Source: a virus (taxonomy: Duplodnaviria > Caudoviricetes). Taken from it: DNA of 59,322 bases. The stretch spans positions 1 to 59,322 of the IMG/VR virus record IMGVR_UViG_3300020045_011589. One strand, given 5' to 3'. A model generated the notes under the pieces. That model ran no database searches. It saw only the letters and a program-made list of their open reading frames with translations, and was not told the origin of the DNA. Both the position numbers and the translations under genes were made by a program. Shown here piece after piece: positions 37,231 to 45,630 of this stretch; positions within the stretch are counted from its first letter, which is position 1; every line of letters starts with the position of its first letter.

Positions 37231-37835
37231 TGATCCCCATAATAGCGATATTTTTTAACTTTTTTTACTAGCCTTTTATCGCCTGCAACAATGCCCCCGC
37301 CTGTACTACCGATTAGTTTTGTTGGCCAAAAACTTGAGATGCAAAGTGTTCCATTCATTAAAAAAACACCATGTGCCATATCTTCAACAATAGAAACTCC
37401 AAGCTTTTGCAAGCTCTTAATATCACAATAAGCACCAAACGTATGTACCGCTATAATAGCCTTTGTTTTATCCGTTATCCTTTTTCCAACGTCTTTTGGA
37501 TCAAGCGTTAGGTCGTCTTTAATGTCAGCTAATATGGGCTTTGCTCCTATACTTAATGCTGATATTTGGAGTGCGCTACATGAATATCCAGGAACTATTA
37601 CTTCATCACCATCACTAACCCCAAGAGCTATCAAGGCAAGCTTTAAAGCACTCAAGCCACTTGATACCATTGCGGCATCTTCTGACTTAACAGTACAGGC
37701 CCAAAGCCTCTCAAGTTCTTTCACTTTAGGTCCGGCTATTATCTGACCGCTTTTAATTACCCTTGCTGCTGCTAAAGCCTCAAGAGTAGAAAACTCGACT
37801 TTATTGTGTTTTACGCAAGTATGATTGGTTTGCAT
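37218..37835 (-). CDS. DegT-family aminotransferase, N-terminal half
   Basis: GPKVKELE, SSGLSALKLAL, GDEVIVP, VEDMAHG, SFWPTKL (PLP Lys). Confidence 0.9.
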   Translation of the reverse strand: MQTNHTCVKHNKVEFSTLEALAAARVIKSGQIIAGPKVKELERLWACTVKSEDAAMVSSGLSALKLALIALGVSDGDEVIVPGYSCSALQISALSIGAKPILADIKDDLTLDPKDVGKRITDKTKAIIAVHTFGAYCDIKSLQKLGVSIVEDMAHGVFLMNGTLCISSFWPTKLIGSTGGGIVAGDKRLVKKVKKYRYYGDQKIV

Positions 37836-38728
37836 ATTCCCATTTCGTTTAATGCTGGTAAATAATATTCTAAAAAATTGTCAAACTGTTGTTTTGTATT
37901 ATTTTTGGTTCCATATATTCTATGAAAATCCCAATGACAATCTATACATAATGTAATGCCATTATTAAGATCTGTTCTCAATCTTTTATTGTTTTTATAA
38001 TTATAAATATGATGCGCACATATATTTTCTTTTGATCCACATATTTGGCAAGTAAAAAAGTCTCGTTTGTAAATTGCTATTCGCCATTGTTTGTATTCAT
38101 CATAATTTCTTTTATCTCTTCTTTCTTCATCTGTTAAATTTGGGTTCCAGCTCGGATTATTTTTTCCTCTCTGCTTTAATCCCAGCTCTTTAAGATGTTT
38201 TGCCAGATTTATTTTATGCTCTTCAGATAACGGCTTGCCTTTTTTCGCCTTGCTCATATTACGTATTGATTCCTCTGAACGTCTTATCCCTGTTAGCGCC
38301 TTACTTATTTTTTGTTTTGTTTCTTCGGAATGTTTTTTGCCTATTTGAAGAAGACTCATCTTGAGCCTTGTTTTTTTGTTATGCTTACAACCAAGGTGAT
38401 AATTATTTCCTATTTTGCTTAAACCTATTTTATGTTTAGTTTCATCAGATAATTTTCTACCTTTTTGCGCTACACTCATTTTCTTTTTACTTTTATCAGA
38501 ATGCTTTCTGCCCTTACTGTTTGCAGAATTTGCACAAGTCTTAGAACAGAATAAACGATAGCTACGTCCTTTAAATGTTTTGCCACAATGCTTGCAGATA
38601 ACTTCAATTTCTTTGCCCTTATTCCAGGGTATCTTGTTGGCACAAGCTAAAGAACAATATTTGTTTTTATTTTTAATCTGCTTTTTTTTGAGTGGTTTAG
38701 AGCATTGTTGGCACGTGGTATACTTCAT
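37811..38728 (-). CDS. Cys-rich N-terminus + NUMOD3 + HNH endonuclease
   Basis: RDFFTCQICG, AHHI, NGITLCIDCH. Confidence 0.9.
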   Translation of the reverse strand: MKYTTCQQCSKPLKKKQIKNKNKYCSLACANKIPWNKGKEIEVICKHCGKTFKGRSYRLFCSKTCANSANSKGRKHSDKSKKKMSVAQKGRKLSDETKHKIGLSKIGNNYHLGCKHNKKTRLKMSLLQIGKKHSEETKQKISKALTGIRRSEESIRNMSKAKKGKPLSEEHKINLAKHLKELGLKQRGKNNPSWNPNLTDEERRDKRNYDEYKQWRIAIYKRDFFTCQICGSKENICAHHIYNYKNNKRLRTDLNNGITLCIDCHWDFHRIYGTKNNTKQQFDNFLEYYLPALNEMGICKPIILA

Positions 38729-38836
38729 TTGTAATTACCTCCTCTGTAGGTAGTTGCCATGCTCCCAGTAGTTTGCGCTACGTGGGAGCGATTTATTATA
38801 TTATACCACTTCAAGCGCTAGGTTACTATTGTTTTT
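38729..38836 (-). promoter_or_regulatory. Conserved nuclease leader, copy 3
   Basis: TGGTATAAT; 29-nt hairpin 38761-38789; TACCT/AGGTA hairpin over the RBS. Confidence 0.8.
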
Positions 38837-39044
38837 AATAAAAAAGCGCCCCCTAAGAGCGCTCTTAAAAAACATTATGTTATTGTTTGTTATTTCTTTA
38901 TCTGCGTATCTTCGCTTTTTGCCATATTAGCCACTATAAATAATGCTTCTTCCTTGCTGAACCCAGCCTTCATTAGCTCAAGATATATCTCGTGAAGCGC
39001 CATTGTAGCTGCTTGGAGGTTAGTTAATATCTTGTCTAAATCGC

Positions 39045-39473
39045 TTATAACGACTCCATTCTAATAATCTCGTCTTTAATTCCTGCCCTGATAAACCCTA
39101 GCTTAGAAAATAACCTAAGACTTGGTTTATTATCAACTCTAACATAGGCTATAAATCTATTAATTGACCACCTTTTAAGTACTTCTCTCATAGCTTGATT
39201 AAGACAAACTACGGCTAAACCTTTTGATCTGTACTCCGGTGATAAATAAATAGATACTATAGCGTTATTGTCGTCTTTATCAAATCTTAGCATGCCAGAG
39301 TTTGATTGAATTAAAAATAATAATATGTTCTCTTGTTTAATGGCTTGGGCATACCATATCCTGTGTTCATCCCAACCGACTGACTTTTGTAATGCAGATA
39401 ATTCTATAGCTTCTTCTAGGTTGCGAAACTTAAAAAACTGCTTAATATCCTGCTCGGTAGCGTAAGAAATCAT
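39045..39473 (-). CDS. pseH: GNAT N-acetyltransferase, PseH-like
   Basis: FRN, EH..WY, G.LRFD, YRSKGLA, N.PS.RLF.KLGF; pse context. Confidence 0.75.
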   Translation of the reverse strand: MISYATEQDIKQFFKFRNLEEAIELSALQKSVGWDEHRIWYAQAIKQENILLFLIQSNSGMLRFDKDDNNAIVSIYLSPEYRSKGLAVVCLNQAMREVLKRWSINRFIAYVRVDNKPSLRLFSKLGFIRAGIKDEIIRMESL

Positions 39474-40351
39474 TTTATTGCTTTGACTAATGCTTTAAGT
39501 TCTTCTTTATCTTTAGAAAAGTGATGATCAGGTCCGGCAAGTGTCTTATCGCTTGTATAATGGCATTCAATCCATAAAGCCCCAAGTTCTTCTGCTCTAA
39601 TTGCTGATTCATTGCCAAGTGAATGATCGCTATATCCAACTGTATAACCTAATTCTTGCATATGCTTTATTTTCCATAGCTTTGGATTCTTGCAGGGATA
39701 TTCACTTACGCAATGCAACCAAAGTGATGCAGGAAAATGCTTTTTTAACTCATTAAGATGAATAAAGTTTTGTATATGCCCTGTTGAAATTACAATAGGT
39801 TTGATACATAAATCTATCATCTGTTGCATCATTGCATCTTTAGTTATCATATCTGATGCAATTTTAAAATAATCGGTGTAGCTCGATACTTCTCTTACAC
39901 CTTTAGCACTTGTAGTTGTAATGCCGAATATAAGATCGTGTTCTTTGGCTCTTTTGTAGCAAGCTTTTACAAAGTCTAAGCTTATTTCATGTCTTTTAAA
40001 AAACTCATAATAGTTTTCATAGACTTCTTTAAGCAAAAATCGACTATGCGCTATTGATGATAAGTTATCAAACTGTCTATACTTAATTGTTTTACTGCCC
40101 GGACTGCAGAAATCATCAGCCCTTAGGAATTGGATTTTAACAGCCTGTGCCCCTGTTTCTGCTACTTCGTCAATCATTTGTAGTGCTAGATCAAGATCAT
40201 TTTGATGGTTAACGCCTAATTCTGCCGATATTATCGGAATGCTGCCATATGCTATTTTATGTCCTGCTATTTCAAGCATTTTTATATCTCTCATGGTCTT
40301 TAATGGGTGGACCGCCGACCTCGCCAACACTTTCAGGTAAAACATATTCAT
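39470..40351 (-). CDS. NeuB/PseI-family nonulosonate synthase, paralog lacking the SAF domain
   Basis: AELGVNHQ, AVKIQ, KIAS, ISTG, LHCVSEYP, GYSDHS, IECHYT, GPDH; true start probably ~20 codons downstream. Confidence 0.88.
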   Translation of the reverse strand: MNMFYLKVLARSAVHPLKTMRDIKMLEIAGHKIAYGSIPIISAELGVNHQNDLDLALQMIDEVAETGAQAVKIQFLRADDFCSPGSKTIKYRQFDNLSSIAHSRFLLKEVYENYYEFFKRHEISLDFVKACYKRAKEHDLIFGITTTSAKGVREVSSYTDYFKIASDMITKDAMMQQMIDLCIKPIVISTGHIQNFIHLNELKKHFPASLWLHCVSEYPCKNPKLWKIKHMQELGYTVGYSDHSLGNESAIRAEELGALWIECHYTSDKTLAGPDHHFSKDKEELKALVKAIK

Positions 40352-41339
40352 TTCGGTTAACGTAAATGCTTAATGCCTTACCGATCACAAGGTAATCATA
40401 TACAGCCGACCAGCCATTCCCAGGCCTGCGACAAGCTAAATCTTCACGTTTAATAACTTCGCCCTTTTTCATATTGCGGTTGTATACTAAGCTTGTGAAG
40501 TATAGATTTTTGCTAGATATATCCTTAAGTGATGGATATAGTCCCTCACGCCCTAATAATGGCTTTTCATCGGCCTCGATTTTGATATTATCTCTATCGG
40601 CTTCTAGTTTGCGTATTTCTGCAACCCATTTTTTAAATTCTGTTGGGTTTAGTGCAGCATCTTGATGATGTCCTTTAGTATCAGTAAATGGAGTTAAACG
40701 CTTTTCTATTATTTCAGCGCCAAGTAAAATAGCTATTTTGTCTGGCCTTATATCTTTATCGCCACTACTAAAACCAATTGGTATATCGTATTTTTTCCTT
40801 AAATAAGATATTGATAATAAATTTAACTCTTCTTTAGTTCCATGAGATTCATATAGCAAACTAACTTTTGCGTTCTTATCATGGCTATAGATAAACTCTA
40901 GAATATTATCCACTTCACCGCTAATAACAGCTCCGATATCAATCATTATCGGCAATCCTGTTTTAATACCGGCTAAAATTAACGGGAAACTCCTAGAATC
41001 CCAACCCCCAATTTTGCAGGTACTTATACCTATTTGCTCCATAATTGGAAAATAATCTATAGTGCCTACGCTTGCAAAATATTCAATCCCTATTTTTCTG
41101 CAATGATCTGCTAGTTTAAACCAATCGTTATCATCTTTAAACCTATAACTTTCAATAACGTCATATAGGTTTTTGCCTTCAAACTTGATATCTTTTTGTG
41201 CAAGAAGTTCTTCGGGATTGCTAGCGATAAATTTAATTGCATCTGCGCTCGCTTCTTTAGCTGCCGTAGCTGCCTGCATTGCTGCTTTAACGTCGCCAAA
41301 ATGTGTCGACCCTGCTTCTGCAATAATTTTTAAGCTCAT
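40272..41339 (-). CDS. NeuB/PseI-family nonulosonate synthase with SAF/AFP domain (divergent active site)
   Basis: IIAEAGSTH, ADAIKF, LGAEIIEKR, RRPGNG; canonical SDH is replaced by SSG. Confidence 0.85.
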   Translation of the reverse strand: MSLKIIAEAGSTHFGDVKAAMQAATAAKEASADAIKFIASNPEELLAQKDIKFEGKNLYDVIESYRFKDDNDWFKLADHCRKIGIEYFASVGTIDYFPIMEQIGISTCKIGGWDSRSFPLILAGIKTGLPIMIDIGAVISGEVDNILEFIYSHDKNAKVSLLYESHGTKEELNLLSISYLRKKYDIPIGFSSGDKDIRPDKIAILLGAEIIEKRLTPFTDTKGHHQDAALNPTEFKKWVAEIRKLEADRDNIKIEADEKPLLGREGLYPSLKDISSKNLYFTSLVYNRNMKKGEVIKREDLACRRPGNGWSAVYDYLVIGKALSIYVNRNEYVLPESVGEVGGPPIKDHERYKNA

Positions 41340-42412
41340 AAATCCCCCCGATATTCCTTTATAGTTTCAATAACATAATCGACTTGCTCATCCGTTAATG
41401 ATGCATACATTGGGATACTTAAAATCTCATTAGCCGCTTTTTCAGCATTAGGGCAAATACCATCTTTGTAACCTAGATTTTGGTAATAAGGATGCAAATA
41501 AACTAATGGTGAATAATTAATTTGCGACCCAATACCCTTGTCCTGTAAATATTTTCTTAACTTATCTCGCTCTTTAATTCGAATAACGTATAAATGGAAT
41601 GCATGTAGAATGTCTTTAGCTCTAGGTATCGCTATATCAAGTTCATCATATTTTTTAGCTATTTGATTTTTTCTTTTAATAAATCCATCTAATTTATTAA
41701 GTTGAGATAATCCTAAAGCACACTGAAAATCGGTTATTTTGTAGTTAAATGAAAGCTCATACATTAAACCGTTTTTTCTACCACTATCCCTAAAGCTTCT
41801 AGCCTTATTCGCTATATAGTTATAATCAGTAAAGATAACGCCACCCTCGCCAGTGGTCATATTTTTTATAGCATTAGTGCTTGTACATGTTATATGAGCT
41901 AAAGAGCCAACTGGGCTATCCTTATACGTAGCCCCGATTGAATGAGCTGCATCTGCTATTAAAAATAAATTATGTTTGCTAGCAATCTCTTTTAATCTAT
42001 CGTAATTACAAGGATGTCCGGCGTAGTCTATACATAAAATAGCTTTTGTTTTAGATGTTATTTTATCTTCTATTAGTTCTGTATCTATAAGCAATGAATC
42101 GTCTACATCAACAAATACCGGTACACCACCATTAGCTAGGATTGCATTTGAGGTTGCTATAAAAGTTAGTGGAGATGTTATTACCTCATCACCTGGTTTA
42201 ATCACTGTTTTAAGTGCAATGATTAAAGCAGATGTTCCACTATTTACCGCTATAGCGTTTCCTGATCCTGTATAGTTATTAAAAGCCTGCTCATATTCTG
42301 TTATTTTAGGGCCACACGTTAGCCAATCGCTTCTAAGGGATTCTGATACTGCCATTACATCAAATATATCTATTGATTGTCTTGAATAAGGTATCAAGCT
42401 TTGCATGCACAC
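41336..42412 (-). CDS. pseC: PseC-like UDP-sugar 4-aminotransferase
   Basis: IPYSRQSI, WLTCGP, NSGTSAL, DAAHSIG, KNMTTGEGG, NYKITDFQCALG. Confidence 0.88.
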   Translation of the reverse strand: MCMQSLIPYSRQSIDIFDVMAVSESLRSDWLTCGPKITEYEQAFNNYTGSGNAIAVNSGTSALIIALKTVIKPGDEVITSPLTFIATSNAILANGGVPVFVDVDDSLLIDTELIEDKITSKTKAILCIDYAGHPCNYDRLKEIASKHNLFLIADAAHSIGATYKDSPVGSLAHITCTSTNAIKNMTTGEGGVIFTDYNYIANKARSFRDSGRKNGLMYELSFNYKITDFQCALGLSQLNKLDGFIKRKNQIAKKYDELDIAIPRAKDILHAFHLYVIRIKERDKLRKYLQDKGIGSQINYSPLVYLHPYYQNLGYKDGICPNAEKAANEILSIPMYASLTDEQVDYVIETIKEYRGDL

Positions 42413-43386
42413 TTACATCCTTGTTTTCCAGCCATCGCTTTTAACTCATCAACGCTAAACCATTTAGTGTTTGTATCAGATCGATATTCGCTATCATTAA
42501 AATACAAACCGTTTACTAATCGTTTTCTCTCAAACACAGGGAAAGCCGGATAAATAACACATCTATTGGCTTGTTTTATAGTTCTATGCGCTTCTTCTAT
42601 TGTTATTAAGGTTTCATGTAGCTTTTCGCCTGGACGTATACCAACAATCTCTGTTTTGCATTCCGGTGCTATAGCTTGTGCTAAATCAACTATTTTGCAT
42701 GACGGTATCAAGGGGATAAAAATTTCAGCCCCTTGCATGTCATTTAAAGCCTCAACTACGAACTCACAAGCTTGTTCTAATGTGATCCAGAAACGTGTCA
42801 TATCGTAATGAGTAATCGGTATAACCCCTGTTTTGCGCTTTTCATTAAAGAATGGCACAACGGAGCCACGGCTATTAATGACATTTCCATATCTAACAAC
42901 GGAAAATTTAGTTGCAGTACCGCTAGCATAAGCATTGCCTTGGATAAATAGCTTTTCAGCCATTAGCTTAGTAGCACCGTAAGCGTTAGCCGGATTACAT
43001 GCTTTATCAGTTGATAGTGCTATTACTTTTTCTACGCCTTGATTAATAGCGGCTTCAATAAGGTTTTGACTACCGATTACATTGGTTTTTACAGCCTCAT
43101 AGGGATTGTATTCGATTGCTGGCACTTGTTTGAGGGCGCAGGCATGCACTACTATGTCAACGCCTCTTAAAGCGATTTCAAGCCTATCCTTATCCCTAAT
43201 ATCGCCTATGAAATATCTAATCCGATCGTCTTTGAACTTTTGCTGCATTTCAAATTGCTTAAGTTCATCACGGCTATAAACAATTATTTTTTTAGGATTT
43301 AGATTGTCGAGTGCATAACGTGTAAACGCTTGACCAAATGAACCCGTAGCCCCCGTGCAAAGTATTGTTTTATTACTTAAATCCAT
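42394..43386 (-). CDS. pseB: UDP-GlcNAc 4,6-dehydratase (inverting)
   Basis: TGATGSFG, SRDELKQ, ALKQVP, LSTDKA, YGATK, RYGNV..SRGSV, MTRFWITL, GIRPGEKLHE. Confidence 0.95.
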   Translation of the reverse strand: MDLSNKTILCTGATGSFGQAFTRYALDNLNPKKIIVYSRDELKQFEMQQKFKDDRIRYFIGDIRDKDRLEIALRGVDIVVHACALKQVPAIEYNPYEAVKTNVIGSQNLIEAAINQGVEKVIALSTDKACNPANAYGATKLMAEKLFIQGNAYASGTATKFSVVRYGNVINSRGSVVPFFNEKRKTGVIPITHYDMTRFWITLEQACEFVVEALNDMQGAEIFIPLIPSCKIVDLAQAIAPECKTEIVGIRPGEKLHETLITIEEAHRTIKQANRCVIYPAFPVFERKRLVNGLYFNDSEYRSDTNTKWFSVDELKAMAGKQGCKCACKA

Positions 43387-43441
43387 TTTCCCCCAAATAA
43401 AAAAACACCCACTAAGTAGGTGTTAATAAAGTTTTTATTTA

Positions 43442-43552
43442 ATTTTTGGCAGCCGTAAACCACCAAGTTCCCTGTCAGGGAATCGAACCCCGTCTAACCA
43501 TTCAAGGATGAAATACAACTAAATTATACCCCTAGCAATTGCTAAGTGTCAA
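43442..43552 (-). promoter_or_regulatory. Promoter of the sugar/packaging operon (TTGACA-18-TATAAT) with palindromic spacer and shared motif
   Basis: -35 at 43547-43552, -10 at 43523-43528; perfect palindrome TAGCAATTGCTA in the spacer; motif at 43442-43465. Confidence 0.8.
43468..43510 (-). tRNA. tRNA 3'-half remnant (possible TTG anticodon)
   Basis: CCTTGAA...CGGGG-TTCGATT-CCCTG-ACAGGGA; no 5' half found. Confidence 0.5.
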
Positions 43553-43654
43553 ACAAAAAAATAACTCCTGGGGGAAGCGCCAATCTCCCCATCTTTATCG
43601 GTCGTAACCTAGAGACTTAACTCGTTCTGGAAGCGCATTTGCCAGTCTCAGGAG

Positions 43655-44602
43655 TTATCCCTTAATTACCGCCAATGGCTCTAGTGTTATTACGATCTCA
43701 ACTAAATCACTCTGTTGATCCATAACTAAATCAATGTCTTTATAGGCCCCTGATGCTTCATCAAGGTCTTTCTTACCTCTTATGCCATGAATAATGCCTT
43801 TAGCATCTAAGCGTTTGATTTCATCTTCTAAGACAAGTTCTCTTTGGGCAGCTTTGCGCCCCATTAAACGACCAGCCCCATGTGAGCAGCTATTAAAGCT
43901 TTCTGGATTGCCCAGCCCTTTAACAATGTAGCTTTTAGTTCCTTGAGAACCGGGGATAATGCCTAGCTGTCCGGCTTTTGCAGAAGTAGCGCCTTTTCTG
44001 TGAACCATTACATTCTTATCAAAGTGTTTTTCCATAGCTGCATAATTGTGATGAATATTAATTGATTGCTTAGAAGTAGTTCCTGCTGGAAAAATAGCTT
44101 TGATTCGCTCCATCATTAATTGACGATTTTCTAATGCAAAATCAAGACAATATTTCATTTCGTCTAAATAGTTCTTTGCTTCTTCACTTTCAAGTGGTAA
44201 AAAAGCTAATTCCCAAGTATCAGGAACACTTGAAAACAGTTTTTTATTTAATTCTCTCGCTAAATTGTTGTAGTGTTTGGCAACTTGAAGCCCTAAATTA
44301 CGACTACCACTATGTATCATTATCCAAATGTAACCATCATCGCCTTTTTGAATTTCGATAAAATGATTACCGCCACCAAGCGTTCCAATACTTTTTTCAG
44401 CATTGTCATATTCTCTTAAAAATACTGTTTCTGGTCTTGACTGTTCAAAAAATAATTTTGGTGTTAAAATCCCTTTTTGTGGCTCCTTGTGTTTGCTAAA
44501 CCCTACTGGAATAGCCTTTCTAATCTCACTCATTATTTTCTTTAAGGTATTAGTATCTAGCTCAGTTAATGAGGTTTTAACAGCAGCCATACCGCAACCA
44601 AT
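43655..44602 (-). pseudogene. rtcB: RtcB RNA ligase, N-terminally truncated
   Basis: GTLGGGNHF, HSGSR, HHNYA, HRKGAT, SHGAGR, DEA..AYK; homology begins at IGCGM with an in-frame stop just upstream. Confidence 0.85.
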
Positions 44603-44834
44603 CCATTACTAAATCGGCAATTCTTTTATTAAATTCGGCTACAAGCTCATCTTCAATGGTGTCATGCAAAAATGCGGCGGCCACTACTTCGTCATCATAA
44701 GAGAAATTATTCACAGTATACCCGACATGTGATACATGAACAGTAAAATAATCAAGCCCCTCATCATCTTTTTGACCCCTATGTTTTTCCTCTGCAAATA
44801 CGATTGCTTTTTTTAATAACTCAAAACTATCCAT
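44577..44834 (-). pseudogene. HD-domain (RelA/SpoT-hydrolase-like) protein, C-terminally truncated
   Basis: A.EKH.GQ, H...V, AAFLHDTIED; runs out of frame into rtcB sequence. Confidence 0.75.
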
Positions 44835-45176
44835 CTATACAGCCACCTCATCTCTTTTAATCGCACAGCTTCCATCGGCCCTTAAGTTGCCACATTTCCA
44901 ACCCACTACATCTTTACAGTCCTCATATGGAGTACAACCCAATATTTCTAACTCCCTAGTTCTTAAAAATGCATTAATGAAGTTAGCTATCTTTTGGGCG
45001 TTTCTCTCTTGCTGCTTAAGCATTTCAATCGATTTATGATCATGCTTTGTAAAACTGCCCTTGCTTTTAGCTCCACCCGGTAATCCATCACTTTCAATCG
45101 ACTTACCCCATCCATGTATAGCAACATGTTTTAAGTCCTCTATTGCATTAGCGTATTCTGTAAATACTGAACTCAT
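44835..45176 (-). CDS. Hypothetical protein (candidate late regulator by position)
   Basis: Near the end of the early region; Cys-rich C-terminus. Confidence 0.4.
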   Translation of the reverse strand: MSSVFTEYANAIEDLKHVAIHGWGKSIESDGLPGGAKSKGSFTKHDHKSIEMLKQQERNAQKIANFINAFLRTRELEILGCTPYEDCKDVVGWKCGNLRADGSCAIKRDEVAV

Positions 45177-45630
45177 TTAAACCTCACTTCTTTGTAGTAA
45201 CATTTATCAACTGTAAAATTTACTTCTTGGTTAAACAGACTGCATAAACCAGGCTTAGTGAATTTGCACTTATCCGGTACTTCTAAAGGCTTGAACTTTG
45301 GGTCAAAACCTGTACAAAACTTTTGCTGCATAGCTTGTTTTAATTTTTCTTCTTCATGCTCTTCTACGATCCTTAGTGTGGTCCCTAGTGACATGCCATC
45401 TCCTTTAAAACATCCTTATCTTTTTTAATACACTTGCCCTTGCCGCCCTTGCTAAGTATTTTTGCTAGATAGCAATACATATCTCCGCTTTTATTAATGA
45501 TCAATAAATTGCACTCACTACATAATCTTGCCTCGATTTTTTCGATCAACTTCCTCCTTTTTTAAAACATTGGAGGGCCGGTATACCCCAGACGATCCTT
45601 CTCAGTGGCGCTGGCGGCCCTCCAACTTAG

